Part shown: one piece after another, positions 51,447-62,203 of the stretch
How positions within the stretch are numbered: position 1 is the first letter of the stretch
Layout: the number at the start of each line of letters is the position of its first letter
From: a virus
Lineage: Duplodnaviria > Caudoviricetes
Direction: 5' to 3' (one strand)
Length of the DNA stretch: 64,000 nucleotides
Virus record (IMG/VR): IMGVR_UViG_3300009701_000005
Location: 1 to 64,000 of that record
Notes under the pieces: generated by a model
Told to the model about the DNA's origin: nothing
The model's database searches: none
Seen by the model: only the letters and a program-made list of their open reading frames with translations
Position numbers and translations under genes: made by a program

Positions 51447-53693
51447 TTAATTCAATTCCATTTGATGTAGTATAGCAGGTAAATTAGACCCGCGTGTAAA
51501 CGAAGTAGGCGTAGTATTTAAAGTATCTGAATACGGGTTACTAACTACAATAGTTGAATTGAATACCGGACCATCAATTTCATCGCCATCAATTTCTTGA
51601 TCATCTTGAGAATTTCCTGAATATCCTCTGCCTCTAAGCATGTAAAATGGTGATCCCATAGGTCCTAAACCTCGACTAATAGTGGCAGTTAATTGTATAT
51701 TCAAAGGATCGGGATCACTAACAGGTAGATACCAATCTGGTTGAACCAGAAAATTATTCGTCACCCAATACATACCCACAACGTTACCGTAAATACGAAT
51801 TCCCAATATGTAATCTCCAGGATTTACGTAAGAAGAATTTGGAGGAGCCCAACTTCTCCAGGATTGTTGAGGAGGCATAAAGCTATACAGATATTCTACT
51901 TCGGAGCCCCTGAAGAACGCCAATTCAAAATTCTCTGCTAGAGTTTGGCTCGGATTACCGACTCCGTAAACATTAGAGTTAATAGCAAACGAATCGATAG
52001 AATCCGAAGCTGCAGTAGGGTAAAGAAAAGTAAATGACCATTGCGTTAGCGTCGGAGGAGTCAATAATAAACTATTAAATTTACTAGCAATATCTTGTTG
52101 GGTGGTTATATATAAAGGAATAATGCGCAAATTAGCACCCACCCCAGCCATTTGAGCAACACATTGACTAGGGACGCCATCGTAGTTATATGCAAAGTCT
52201 GTAGGATTATTAATACTTCTGTAAAAGCCTACCCGACTACGTAAACCAGTGTATATTTCATTGCCCCGATCCATAACGGTTCTTAGCCAAGCCCGCTCAA
52301 CTTCAGTATTAGTTCTAAATTGACTTACGCCATTAACATATCCCGTTAAAACGCCGCCATTAAAAGAATCTGTTAAACCATTAGTATAGGTATCGGTGCC
52401 ACACAGCCTTGTAACAAACATAGGTACATTCCAACGTAAAAATGAAGGATCTCCTCTGAAAAGAGGGTCTCTAGTATTGTTACGAATCATTCGGCCTATT
52501 GGATCCATTACATTTTCAGTGCGATTTTGCTGCAAGTTCAACGTTACATCTTCACTGAATGTCAGGGTTTCATCATCCTCTACCGTCCATATGTAAATAG
52601 CATATGTATATGTAGGTTTTGCCCTTTGTATAATATTACCGATTTGTTCAAAAAATTGCTGATCTTCAAAAGTAGTAACATTAACATTGACGAGAAACGT
52701 ATGGGTCTTCAAATAATTTCTCATCAAGTAATCGAATTGTGAGCCAGCTAAAGCATAACGACTAGGCTGTCCTGGAGGCAATGAGGGGATGATACTTTCA
52801 GGTATCATGAGGTTAATCCACCAAGCCCCATCACTTTCGTAATCCTGTACGTCAACCCATACCGCCAATTCTTGAGATAAGGTTAGTTGCTGACCTACAG
52901 ATACGATAGGGGTTAGTCCGTATGGGATGATGTACTGGTTCTGGTCAGTAATAACAACATACAAATCCGTCTCAAGATAAGTTTCAATAGCTAATACAGT
53001 TTCAGTTCCCCTAGATAGTGGCAAGCCTAATGCAAGGTTTAACCCCTTGCGCATCAAGTCCAGGGTTGGGCCATTGATGTATAGGTAATACATGCCATAC
53101 ACGAAATTATTAAAAGCCTGTGTAGATTCCTGAGGACTAATACCTATCATGTTCCCGAAATTAGTCGAAATCCACAACTCATCAATTTCTGTATCTACAA
53201 ACCAAAGAGCATATTGCGTAGTTGAACCATCGCTGAGCAAACGACTACTGAAACCATTCGTAGTCATGTTAGCTGCAAAAGTAATTTGATAACGACCGCT
53301 AGAATTTACTGTTAAACCGAAATCTACATTTTGTTCTAGCAGAGTGCTTGGCAGCAAAGGGAGGTTAGCAATGTACCTAGCAGAAACAACGTTCTCAGGC
53401 AGATAATAGGTATTAACCATCCCCGGCACTGCGTCGGTATTATTTATAGTAATAAGGCGAAGTGTTTGACCACAAGTTTCCTGAATATTCTCAAGGCTTA
53501 TATTAGCCGTCATTTGTAAAAATCGGCTATACACTTGAGAGTACATCTGAGTATCGGCTTCGAGCAACAAATTGATTTTGTCACTATCTGCAAACATTAC
53601 GGAAAAGAAATCCGATATGCCATACAGATATGCCATATTTGTGTTATTTTGCCCTATCGGTAAACCTAGGGTTGTGAATGTTGATCGAGCCAT
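51447..53693 (-). CDS. Baseplate wedge protein (putative)
   Basis: 748 aa, follows baseplate J-like gene. Confidence 0.55.
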   Translation of the reverse strand: MARSTFTTLGLPIGQNNTNMAYLYGISDFFSVMFADSDKINLLLEADTQMYSQVYSRFLQMTANISLENIQETCGQTLRLITINNTDAVPGMVNTYYLPENVVSARYIANLPLLPSTLLEQNVDFGLTVNSSGRYQITFAANMTTNGFSSRLLSDGSTTQYALWFVDTEIDELWISTNFGNMIGISPQESTQAFNNFVYGMYYLYINGPTLDLMRKGLNLALGLPLSRGTETVLAIETYLETDLYVVITDQNQYIIPYGLTPIVSVGQQLTLSQELAVWVDVQDYESDGAWWINLMIPESIIPSLPPGQPSRYALAGSQFDYLMRNYLKTHTFLVNVNVTTFEDQQFFEQIGNIIQRAKPTYTYAIYIWTVEDDETLTFSEDVTLNLQQNRTENVMDPIGRMIRNNTRDPLFRGDPSFLRWNVPMFVTRLCGTDTYTNGLTDSFNGGVLTGYVNGVSQFRTNTEVERAWLRTVMDRGNEIYTGLRSRVGFYRSINNPTDFAYNYDGVPSQCVAQMAGVGANLRIIPLYITTQQDIASKFNSLLLTPPTLTQWSFTFLYPTAASDSIDSFAINSNVYGVGNPSQTLAENFELAFFRGSEVEYLYSFMPPQQSWRSWAPPNSSYVNPGDYILGIRIYGNVVGMYWVTNNFLVQPDWYLPVSDPDPLNIQLTATISRGLGPMGSPFYMLRGRGYSGNSQDDQEIDGDEIDGPVFNSTIVVSNPYSDTLNTTPTSFTRGSNLPAILHQMELN

Positions 53694-53701
53694 TTATATT
53701 A

Positions 53702-56110
53702 TTACAAAACTGCGCCTGTGCTAGTATTTATATTTATAGTGCTAGTAGTTACGTTATTCAATAGGAAAATACTGGTTCTATCGTTGGGATCTAGTATATC
53801 TGTAATTGTGCCAGTTTGAGGGGCTAATAAATCTCTTGTATAACAAATATAAGTAACTACTGGTGGATTCTGAATATTTATGATGCCATTATATCTTAAA
53901 TAGGCAACTAAGTCACTCATTATAAATATACTTCCGGGCCCCAGAGTATTTAAATACCCTTGTACAAGTTGAGTAGCTAGTACGCTAGACGGGGCCGTAG
54001 TTTCGTAAGACGCTATATTTACAGTCAAGTAGTAAAAATTAAAACCCCTCGCCAAATAATTAGCACACAATACCCTATTGACCGCATTATTTAAATAGGA
54101 CTGAACATTATCTAGGTACTGGAAATAGTTAATAGTAAAGCTAACTGTACCATTAGCATTGGAGGATCCCATTTCAACAGTAATGTCTTGACTTTGGCTA
54201 AAACCATAATCATACTGAGGCTGCACATTAGTTATAGTCCCTGCCGTACTAGTTCCGCTTACAGTCGTAGGAGTTGTAATAGAAAATTGTCCTTGATTAA
54301 TAATATCGGTTATAACCCAAACGCCATTGAAAGCTGATACGGTCGAATTGCTAATTTGTACAGATCTGCCAAGAGTATATCCATGTAAAGGCAAAGTTAC
54401 TGTAATAGTGTTCCCACTACCTGTAATAGAGGTTACAGTTTTCGTTTGGTTATAAGTATTGAACCAAGTAAAATCTATAGGTGCCGTAGCAGTGATGGTT
54501 CCTAAAACGGCAAAAGTAGAAGATTGTATTGCATTATATGTAAATGTACTACTGCCTACAGTAAGGATGGGGAATGTACCATTAACCAAGTTCACAGATG
54601 CTATCATTGTTCCGCTACCTGAAGATGTAATATTGGCAGGAACCACGTAAGTGAAAGTGTTAATAGTTGTTCCAGTAATAGTAAATTGGCCGTTATATCC
54701 GGTCGGAGTAACTCCGCTAATAGCTACAGTATTACCTACTTGAAAACCGTGATTATTTACAGTTGCTGTAACAGTTAGGCCGGAGCAAGTTATGGAACTT
54801 ATAGTCTGATTTTGTGTAGCACCAGTAACCGTTACGTAATCTCCTACTGAAAAATTATGTGGCACCGAAGTTGTCGCGGTAATTAAATTACCCGTAAAAA
54901 CTATACTAGAAACACTAGAAATGTTATCTAAAGGTATAGTATCCGCACTAGCTCCTCCAGAAATAGGGCTTCTAGAAAAACTAAAAATTGGTCCTGTCAA
55001 GTGAACATTACCGAAGGGATCGGTTTCGACTTGTACAACTGCAGAAGCAATACTATTACCGCAGTATACATCTACTTTGCCTCCGTTATGTATCTGCACC
55101 GGATTATTTACTGCGGTCACAGTAGGTAGATTAATTACAACGCCTTGACTACTAGCTAGAGTAAAGGTAAATTGGGTATTACTCAAAACTGTAATAGTAT
55201 AAGTGCCATTGTACCCAGAAGGATTACATCCAACAATGGCTACTTGTTGACCAGAATAGTATCCATGATTGGCTAGAGTAGCTGTGGCAGTGGTACCTGT
55301 ACTAACCAAGGCTGTTAAGAGTACTGGGGCTGAAGGATTAGACACAGCCATAATCTGGTCACGAACCATTTCTGGATCCCCAAACCCTATTGGCTGAATC
55401 TGGTTCAGATAATTAAACGTCGCCCCTAAATTTGCTAATATGGATGGATTATTAATTAAATTACGTGTCGATATAGAATTACCGGCACGAGTTACAAATT
55501 GGGTATTGCTTTCAGATGCTTGGCTAATAGAAGCTAAGTAATTTATTTCTGCCCGCAGGAAATACGGGTCAAAACTACTGAAATATAGTAAACTTCCCGA
55601 ACTGATATTGTACTGAGTACCTTCGGCAGCAGCAGTAAGTTGGACGTCTATGTACCATTCGCTAGAAGACGAGTCGTAAGTTAACGCAGAAGCTGTATAA
55701 GAAAGATTCGATGACGGGTAGTACAAATTAACGTTATCGGGGGAAAAGAATGTGTTAGTACTGATAGTAACGGGCTTCTGAATAGCAAAATATAAACGAG
55801 CACTGATAACAGCCGGGCTGCCGGTGTTGCGAGTGACAAACCAATTACTCAAAATAGTATTAACTAAATTAGGATCGCTATTATCTGTAATATTGCTTAT
55901 TGCGGCCTGGGAAAAATAATAGTCACTGGCTAATTTTACAGTAGCACATACCAATCCCGCAGGACGTATTAAAGTATCTCTTAGACCCGTTCCTATACGT
56001 AAATCTAAATCAGGATAAGCCGCTTGCAATATTTGCACGGCCATCAGCTCCCCTTCCAACAATTGCTGTTGAGTTGGTTGAATTCCCGGTATAATCGAAT
56101 ATAAATCCAT
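53702..56110 (-). CDS. Baseplate J-like wedge protein with four inserted beta repeats
   Basis: DLRIGTGLRDTLIRP, AAAEGTQYNI, ESNTQFVTR, HNGGKVDVY; follows gp25-like gene. Confidence 0.7.
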   Translation of the reverse strand: MDLYSIIPGIQPTQQQLLEGELMAVQILQAAYPDLDLRIGTGLRDTLIRPAGLVCATVKLASDYYFSQAAISNITDNSDPNLVNTILSNWFVTRNTGSPAVISARLYFAIQKPVTISTNTFFSPDNVNLYYPSSNLSYTASALTYDSSSSEWYIDVQLTAAAEGTQYNISSGSLLYFSSFDPYFLRAEINYLASISQASESNTQFVTRAGNSISTRNLINNPSILANLGATFNYLNQIQPIGFGDPEMVRDQIMAVSNPSAPVLLTALVSTGTTATATLANHGYYSGQQVAIVGCNPSGYNGTYTITVLSNTQFTFTLASSQGVVINLPTVTAVNNPVQIHNGGKVDVYCGNSIASAVVQVETDPFGNVHLTGPIFSFSRSPISGGASADTIPLDNISSVSSIVFTGNLITATTSVPHNFSVGDYVTVTGATQNQTISSITCSGLTVTATVNNHGFQVGNTVAISGVTPTGYNGQFTITGTTINTFTYVVPANITSSGSGTMIASVNLVNGTFPILTVGSSTFTYNAIQSSTFAVLGTITATAPIDFTWFNTYNQTKTVTSITGSGNTITVTLPLHGYTLGRSVQISNSTVSAFNGVWVITDIINQGQFSITTPTTVSGTSTAGTITNVQPQYDYGFSQSQDITVEMGSSNANGTVSFTINYFQYLDNVQSYLNNAVNRVLCANYLARGFNFYYLTVNIASYETTAPSSVLATQLVQGYLNTLGPGSIFIMSDLVAYLRYNGIINIQNPPVVTYICYTRDLLAPQTGTITDILDPNDRTSIFLLNNVTTSTININTSTGAVL

Positions 56111-56150
56111 GTTGCTAGGCTTTCCTTTGATGTGCTTTTATTTTAGCCTT

Positions 56151-56702
56151 TTAGTTGTTGCCGTTCAAAGGCATATCAAGTTGAGGGAATGGTATAGCGA
56201 CTTGGGCAAATGCTCCAGCAACCGTAGTCAAACGTAAATACATCAGTACCGCTTCTTGAGATACGTCCATACCTATGATATCAACCGATTGTAATTGAGA
56301 AGCCAAATCCGTAGAAGCCCCATTTAAAATACCTTTGGTCTGGCTTACAGCACTATTTATCTCTGAAACAAGCTCTGCAGTAAATACAGTATCGTTAGAA
56401 ACTACATTGGCATTCACCGTTAACCGTTGAAAATTAGTTCCTTGGTTAGGGTATAAAACGTTACTGCCAATATCTGTAAACAATATCTTCAGAAATATTT
56501 GCGCAACTTTCTGTATGCCTGTAATCTTCTTAGGGTCATCACCTATTTCAAAAGTCAACATGCTATTAGGGAATCCATCTGGAAAACCTATTAGTAAAAT
56601 ATCATAAGTAGCTCCTGCAGGTAAATTATAATTAGTCCCTAATCTGCTAGCAAAAGTAGGGGTAGCGCCTGCTGATAAACTCTGCATATTAGAAATACTC
56701 AT
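56151..56702 (-). CDS. gp25-like baseplate wedge subunit
   Basis: ITGIQKVAQIFLKILFT...YPNQGT pattern. Confidence 0.6.
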   Translation of the reverse strand: MSISNMQSLSAGATPTFASRLGTNYNLPAGATYDILLIGFPDGFPNSMLTFEIGDDPKKITGIQKVAQIFLKILFTDIGSNVLYPNQGTNFQRLTVNANVVSNDTVFTAELVSEINSAVSQTKGILNGASTDLASQLQSVDIIGMDVSQEAVLMYLRLTTVAGAFAQVAIPFPQLDMPLNGNN

Positions 56703-57094
56703 TGAGGTTCTCCGGTAGTTATGACGCCCATAAGTATACTGTTATAAAAGGCAGACATTGCATTCCAATAATTAGAGTCATTTTGGTAGTCTTGAGAAGC
56801 ATCAGCGTAAAAATTACTTTTAATCTTAGAGCGTAGGGCGAATTCCCGTTGAATAGCTACTACATTATTCACGTTTTCAATAGCTGCTCCATTTTGAAAA
56901 CTTGATGCATCAGAAGCACGAGCCTGGGACATTCCCAATAATTGAGAATATGCTAATAAACTAATAAGGGTAGTTGAACAATTAGGCGGCAAGGTAGCTC
57001 CAGTGGGATCTGACACAAAATTATTCATTGCATCAAAATACGTGGATAGCAGATTATTGTTAGTCTGTGCTTGTGTTAATGTCGGGTCTGCCAT
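56699..57094 (-). CDS. Hypothetical protein in late cluster
   Basis: Overlapping stops/starts. Confidence 0.6.
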   Translation of the reverse strand: MADPTLTQAQTNNNLLSTYFDAMNNFVSDPTGATLPPNCSTTLISLLAYSQLLGMSQARASDASSFQNGAAIENVNNVVAIQREFALRSKIKSNFYADASQDYQNDSNYWNAMSAFYNSILMGVITTGEPQ

Positions 57095-57873
57095 TACATC
57101 AATCCTGAGTCTCTGTTCACCATTTTAATTTTATCTATAAGCTTGGATTTTAAATAATTGAGGCGATTCAAATTGACCCCTAAGCGACGTGACAGTTCAG
57201 TAGAACTTAGAACTTTCGAGTTCTCCAATATAAACTTTTCTTGAGGGTCCAGCTTACTCATTAAATGTTCCATTAATATAACGCTATCGCTAAACTGAGT
57301 TACCTCACTAGGCTTATCCGTACCGGATTCTATTAAGTCGGCATACAGCGAATTCTTAAATTTTATGGTCTTAGGTTTAGACCATCCTAATCTGTTTGCC
57401 AACTCTTCATCAGTAGGTTCCCGGTTTAATTCATCAGTAAGCATAGCTAATTGATGATTGTACTCATTAAATTTCAATTGCATATTTTCTGGCAAGCGAA
57501 CTGCATTCTGAAATTTGTAATTAGTACGCCTAACTCTTTGCAAATACCCTTGAACATGTGTAGACAGAGAAGCTCCTTTAGAAGGATCGTATGTTTGTAT
57601 GGCTTTGAATGCCCATTTTTTAGCTTCAGAAGCTAACGCAACTGTCGGTAAAGTCCCTGATTGACGACGAACTTCAGCGTAAATAGGTCCACTCAGGCTT
57701 TCAATTAAATTACCTAAATTATGTTTGCTTGGGTTAGTTTTCCAAGTTTCGTAGAGCTTTTGATCATTTTCACGAAGACTTTTATAGAACTCTTGTTTTT
57801 CAGCTAGAGTTTTAGCGTGTTCTTCGGGATCAACGATTGAGTTGGCGGTAGAGGAATTAGGGTTATAGTCCAT
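57094..57873 (-). CDS. Sigma70-family RNA polymerase sigma factor
   Basis: Region 2 AIQTYDPSKGASLSTH, region 3 LNREPTDEELANRLGWS, region 4 HTH. Confidence 0.85.
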   Translation of the reverse strand: MDYNPNSSTANSIVDPEEHAKTLAEKQEFYKSLRENDQKLYETWKTNPSKHNLGNLIESLSGPIYAEVRRQSGTLPTVALASEAKKWAFKAIQTYDPSKGASLSTHVQGYLQRVRRTNYKFQNAVRLPENMQLKFNEYNHQLAMLTDELNREPTDEELANRLGWSKPKTIKFKNSLYADLIESGTDKPSEVTQFSDSVILMEHLMSKLDPQEKFILENSKVLSSTELSRRLGVNLNRLNYLKSKLIDKIKMVNRDSGLM

Positions 57874-57894
57874 AGGCTTATTTTAAGATTCTTG

Positions 57895-58131
57895 CTATTT
57901 AAATACAGAGTAATTAGAATAGATAGAATTGACATACCCTATCATGAAAGCTTGTAATTTACTACTGAATTGTTGGTACACGAAACATTGCCCCGCTATA
58001 GATGTGGGCGATATTAATCCTGCCTCACTGATGTTTGCGGGAATGGCTGTAGAACGTGACATTCCAGGTAGGGCACCTGAATTAGCACTTTGCCCCCCGC
58101 CACTTAAAGAAGAAACTGTTGATGTAGTCAT
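57895..58131 (-). CDS. Small hypothetical protein
   Basis: ATGA overlap. Confidence 0.55.
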   Translation of the reverse strand: MTTSTVSSLSGGGQSANSGALPGMSRSTAIPANISEAGLISPTSIAGQCFVYQQFSSKLQAFMIGYVNSIYSNYSVFK

Positions 58132-59009
58132 ACTTGTTTAACTATTATTCCACTATTACTATTAGGTACAGCATTATTCACAAAATCTGATAATTCTTGA
58201 TAATCTAAGAATGGGCTTGCGCCTGGCTCCAATAACGATTGGTTAGTTAATACTTGATTAACATATTGCTGTTGAGTACCGTTATAATTATTAGGAGTCA
58301 TATCTATGAATTTTATCCCAAATCTTGCAGCTATACTTTCTTTACTCTCAATTTGCCTAGCTACTAACGCCAAATTACCCACGCCCGTTGTATTCTTATT
58401 ATTTTCCCCACCATTTGAAGGCTCAACTTGTTGAGGTTGGGTTGTTTGTGTTGCCGTAGTAGAACTTGTGTAATGTCTCCCGGTATTGGCATAAGACCAT
58501 ACTCCCGCAGTTCTGGTGATTGCATTAGCTGTACCGTTAGTGAAATTATACATATCCTGAGGGTATGCTGCACCGACTCCAAATACTGACATATAAAATT
58601 GATCGGCAACAATGATTGCCCTTGGATTATTTATCAGAGTTTGAGCAACGTTGGTAACATCTCCTGAATTGGAATCATAACTGGGGTCAGGAGCTAAACC
58701 ATACATGGTACTATTCTGAGAATCTTGAATAGGTACGCCAGATTGATATGCTGTTGGAGTAGCTGGAACCGCAGTAGAACTTAAAGACGGGGGAGTAGGT
58801 GCCGTCGTGCTAGGTCCAGAAGCGGAAGCGGTTGGCAACGGATTAGTAGGGGAACTTGCAGAAGGAGCCGATGGTATAGGCGTAGTGGCAGCAGTTATAG
58901 GGGATCCGGCAATAACTTGATTTTGTAAAGGCAATCCTTGGGCAATGTCCCCTAGTGGGGCCAACATTGGATTGGCTGAAGATGCTGGAGTTGTAGTAGA
59001 AACACTCAT
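58128..59009 (-). CDS. Virion structural protein with P/S/T/A-rich leader
   Basis: Context; aagga SD. Confidence 0.6.
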   Translation of the reverse strand: MSVSTTTPASSANPMLAPLGDIAQGLPLQNQVIAGSPITAATTPIPSAPSASSPTNPLPTASASGPSTTAPTPPSLSSTAVPATPTAYQSGVPIQDSQNSTMYGLAPDPSYDSNSGDVTNVAQTLINNPRAIIVADQFYMSVFGVGAAYPQDMYNFTNGTANAITRTAGVWSYANTGRHYTSSTTATQTTQPQQVEPSNGGENNKNTTGVGNLALVARQIESKESIAARFGIKFIDMTPNNYNGTQQQYVNQVLTNQSLLEPGASPFLDYQELSDFVNNAVPNSNSGIIVKQV

Positions 59010-59021
59010 TATACGTAATCC

Positions 59022-61343
59022 TTAATGTGTTGCATATGCTGATCCTAAAGGGGCTGGTTGGTCATCTAACGGCACATCGCTATTAGAAGCATTAGTAGTT
59101 CCTCGTTGCACATTGATCATTTTAAGTGCAGTTTGTAACCAGGGAGAAATAGGTTGAGTAAAATAATTACTTAGTTCAGTATAAGAGGTCGCCGACATAA
59201 AACTAATACTTGTTCCTATATTACGGGGAGTAATAGAGTGAGTCACTGATCCACACAAAGCATGAAAACTAGGTTGTTCAGGGCTACGATTGATAATATC
59301 CATCGGGTATCCTGGAACTATATAAGGGTTAAAAATTCCATCTACAGTTCCTGATTTAGATTGAGTTATTTCCTTTGTATAATCATAGTCTGCAGTAGCA
59401 AATAGAATACGTTCAAAATTCTTAATAGCATTTAACTCCTGTGTAGCATAAGGGTTTAAAGAGTCCCTATATTGATTCATATTTGCTGAAGAAGGTGTAG
59501 TGCTATTATTCACGCCAGTATTGGCGTAGCCATACCTGTTAATCCAGGCATCATGCAAATCTATAATGTTCTTATACTCCAAGGTTCCAGCGGTTGGGTA
59601 TAGTTCTTCTTGAACGGAATTGTCCTTAGAATAGCTGCCCACTATTTGTGTAAGCCATTGAGGGAACTGAATCTTCTTATGTTTAATGCCTCTACCTAAT
59701 TCGTATTTACCCATGATACCGTAAGACGGACCGCTAGTTTCTTTCAAGGTCACATTAGAACCATTGGCTACTTTTTGCCCAATAATAGGTATACCTCTGG
59801 CAATAGATTCCCGGATAGATTGAGGTGCTCTGTAATTCAAACGCAATGCTGCAGAATTAGTAATATTAGGGTCTACCGTACATAGAGCCGTAACCCGAGT
59901 CGGGATATCGCTTTCTACTTGATTTACCTGAATACTATGGTACATATTTGGCAATACCACGTTACACAAAGGGGCATAGTAATAAGGCAATTGCGGCTTA
60001 ACAACTGTTTCAACCGCCATACGATTAGCATTGCGCCAAGTTTGGGCGTCGTCCAAATTCATTTTGACAGTAGGGTCTACAGGTACGTCGGCAGGACTTG
60101 CCAAAGTAATAAGGTCGTATTCCAATCCGTAGAAGAAATCATAGAAAAAATTATAGAAATCCATCATCTCATTAGAGAATGTCGATGCCATGGACGCAAT
60201 GTTGGTAGCTAATGCCATCTGGGCCGCCCCTGCAATATCTAAGCGACAAGAGGGGGGTAACATTATCAAACTACCAGACATAGGCTTATCTGGAGGACAG
60301 GTGTTTTTCTTACTATTTTGTATTTGATTCTCTAAAAAATAATGCCCAGATGTTCGGCTAAAAAATTGGAGGCCGTCTTCCGCTAAAGGCATATACATCT
60401 TGGAAAATATCATATTTTGATTAGATATGGAGAATACCTGAATCTTTAGCTGATTCCACATATTCATAATAACTGCTGGCATTCCACTCCACCGATTTTG
60501 AAACTGAGACCATTTCTGAGATAACAAGGTAGGGTCAGCGTTTATAACTTGTGAATTGGTAGGTGCTATCAAATCTTGAGGGGCCGATTGTATTCCGTTT
60601 ATGCCTTTAAGGGCTTGTTGCATGGAATACTGAGAATTAAAATTGAAAGCTTGTACAGTTGCTACTTCAGAATTAGAATCTGTAAAATTAGCTGCTGTCA
60701 TTGCGGCGTTAGCACCGCCTGCACTCCATTCCAGAGTTACTTGCTCTAGTAGGGCGTTCTTGTGTTTACATTCAAATGTTACACTTGATTGGCCCGCCAT
60801 CTGGGATGCTTGATAGGAAACATTAGTAATGTGCCCATTAAATAAAATGCGGTCTCCCCCTAGAATATTATCTGTGAAAAATATATGCACTTTAGGTTGA
60901 TAATATCTAGCTATGTCTACTAATCCAGGCTGATTAGGAATTTCTATCATTGCGGTAGGTACTCTGCCTATTGCCTGAGTTATACTACAATTCACAAAAG
61001 GTACCTGTACCCCCTCGATGTAAACCTTGATGTCCTGATAGGTTACATCCGTGGTATTAAGTCCTGCAGCAGGAGGTAACGGAGTTGTATTAACATTAGT
61101 CACCCCTTCGCCGCCAGAGGTACTAGATGTACTCGCAGACCCACTAGATGGGGCTGTAGAGCTTAAAGCCGGGGCGGCTGGTGGGGTAGTAGCCTGAGGG
61201 GTGGCGGAGGCCGGTAGAGGGCTCGGATTTGTATTCAGCAGGGATGTTAAAGACGTAGCTGGGGGCAGCAAGGATGATCCCGCGCTAGGAACGTTTATTA
61301 AGGGGGCAAATGGGCTTGCCGGGGTTGTAGTGGATAAACTCAT
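59022..61343 (-). CDS. Baseplate hub-like protein with P/S/T/A-rich leader
   Basis: KVYIEGVQVPF...LFNGHIT N-terminal hub-like pattern; C-terminal FNPYIVPGYP. Confidence 0.6.
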   Translation of the reverse strand: MSLSTTTPASPFAPLINVPSAGSSLLPPATSLTSLLNTNPSPLPASATPQATTPPAAPALSSTAPSSGSASTSSTSGGEGVTNVNTTPLPPAAGLNTTDVTYQDIKVYIEGVQVPFVNCSITQAIGRVPTAMIEIPNQPGLVDIARYYQPKVHIFFTDNILGGDRILFNGHITNVSYQASQMAGQSSVTFECKHKNALLEQVTLEWSAGGANAAMTAANFTDSNSEVATVQAFNFNSQYSMQQALKGINGIQSAPQDLIAPTNSQVINADPTLLSQKWSQFQNRWSGMPAVIMNMWNQLKIQVFSISNQNMIFSKMYMPLAEDGLQFFSRTSGHYFLENQIQNSKKNTCPPDKPMSGSLIMLPPSCRLDIAGAAQMALATNIASMASTFSNEMMDFYNFFYDFFYGLEYDLITLASPADVPVDPTVKMNLDDAQTWRNANRMAVETVVKPQLPYYYAPLCNVVLPNMYHSIQVNQVESDIPTRVTALCTVDPNITNSAALRLNYRAPQSIRESIARGIPIIGQKVANGSNVTLKETSGPSYGIMGKYELGRGIKHKKIQFPQWLTQIVGSYSKDNSVQEELYPTAGTLEYKNIIDLHDAWINRYGYANTGVNNSTTPSSANMNQYRDSLNPYATQELNAIKNFERILFATADYDYTKEITQSKSGTVDGIFNPYIVPGYPMDIINRSPEQPSFHALCGSVTHSITPRNIGTSISFMSATSYTELSNYFTQPISPWLQTALKMINVQRGTTNASNSDVPLDDQPAPLGSAYATH

Positions 61344-62203
61344 TAGGTTACGTTGTAGTATATTGTATATAAAGCCAGCATGTACAAAGCTTGTTCTAAT
61401 AGATCAGAAATCTGAGATGCCCAAGCCAAATATTCGGATGGTATTTGACTCATTTTAGATAAACTTTGGTTAACTAATTGTAACCTGTTCTGACTTAAAA
61501 GTGAAGTTAAATACAGAGATCTTATAGGTAAAGGATTGTACGCCAAAGGTTCTAGCCCCAGTAATGATCCCGAGTAAGTAGATGATAGCCATCCTAAAAA
61601 AGACGTGTAGTTTTGAGTTACAAATCTCAACACTATATTTGCAACACTAGTTGGCTCTACTGCTAAGGTGAGTGAATTCCCTATCAAAGTATAGTCAGTA
61701 CCGGGTTTTAATAGCACTCCATTTTTGTAAACATAGTAGTTGCTATAGGTACTTGTATTAGTTACCGTGGCATAGCTAGTAGCCCCTACTATAGTAGCTA
61801 CAATTTCAGCATTAACAAGATACTCCGGGGTTATAGTAACTACATTGTTTACGCTGGGCACTGGTTTAGTAGGATACGTTGCGGAATAGCATTTAGAACA
61901 CACCCCGCCTTTAGCTATGCAACTGTTGGTATGCCTAACTGCTATAGTATAAATACCTTGCTCTAACAAATTTGTTATAGTTGTTTCAGAAAGTACCAAT
62001 CCGGTCGATAGATCTGTTAACCCTTCTGATTGAAAATTAAGTGTTTCAATAGTTCCAAGCGTAGTGCCACAATCAGCCATAGTAACGGGGACACTTGGAT
62101 TAGTTATAAGTTGGGCCAAACTACTTACATTAGGATCTGTAGTTGGGGTGTATTGAAATATATTTTGTAGCAGGAGAGTACCTGCGTAACTTCTCATCGT
62201 CAT
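61343..62203 (-). CDS. Protein with RNA polymerase beta-prime Zn-binding fragment fused to a virion-type beta domain
   Basis: DCGTTLG...VRHTNSCIAKGGVCSKCY; then VYKNGVLLKPGTDYTL. Confidence 0.7.
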   Translation of the reverse strand: MTMRSYAGTLLLQNIFQYTPTTDPNVSSLAQLITNPSVPVTMADCGTTLGTIETLNFQSEGLTDLSTGLVLSETTITNLLEQGIYTIAVRHTNSCIAKGGVCSKCYSATYPTKPVPSVNNVVTITPEYLVNAEIVATIVGATSYATVTNTSTYSNYYVYKNGVLLKPGTDYTLIGNSLTLAVEPTSVANIVLRFVTQNYTSFLGWLSSTYSGSLLGLEPLAYNPLPIRSLYLTSLLSQNRLQLVNQSLSKMSQIPSEYLAWASQISDLLEQALYMLALYTIYYNVT

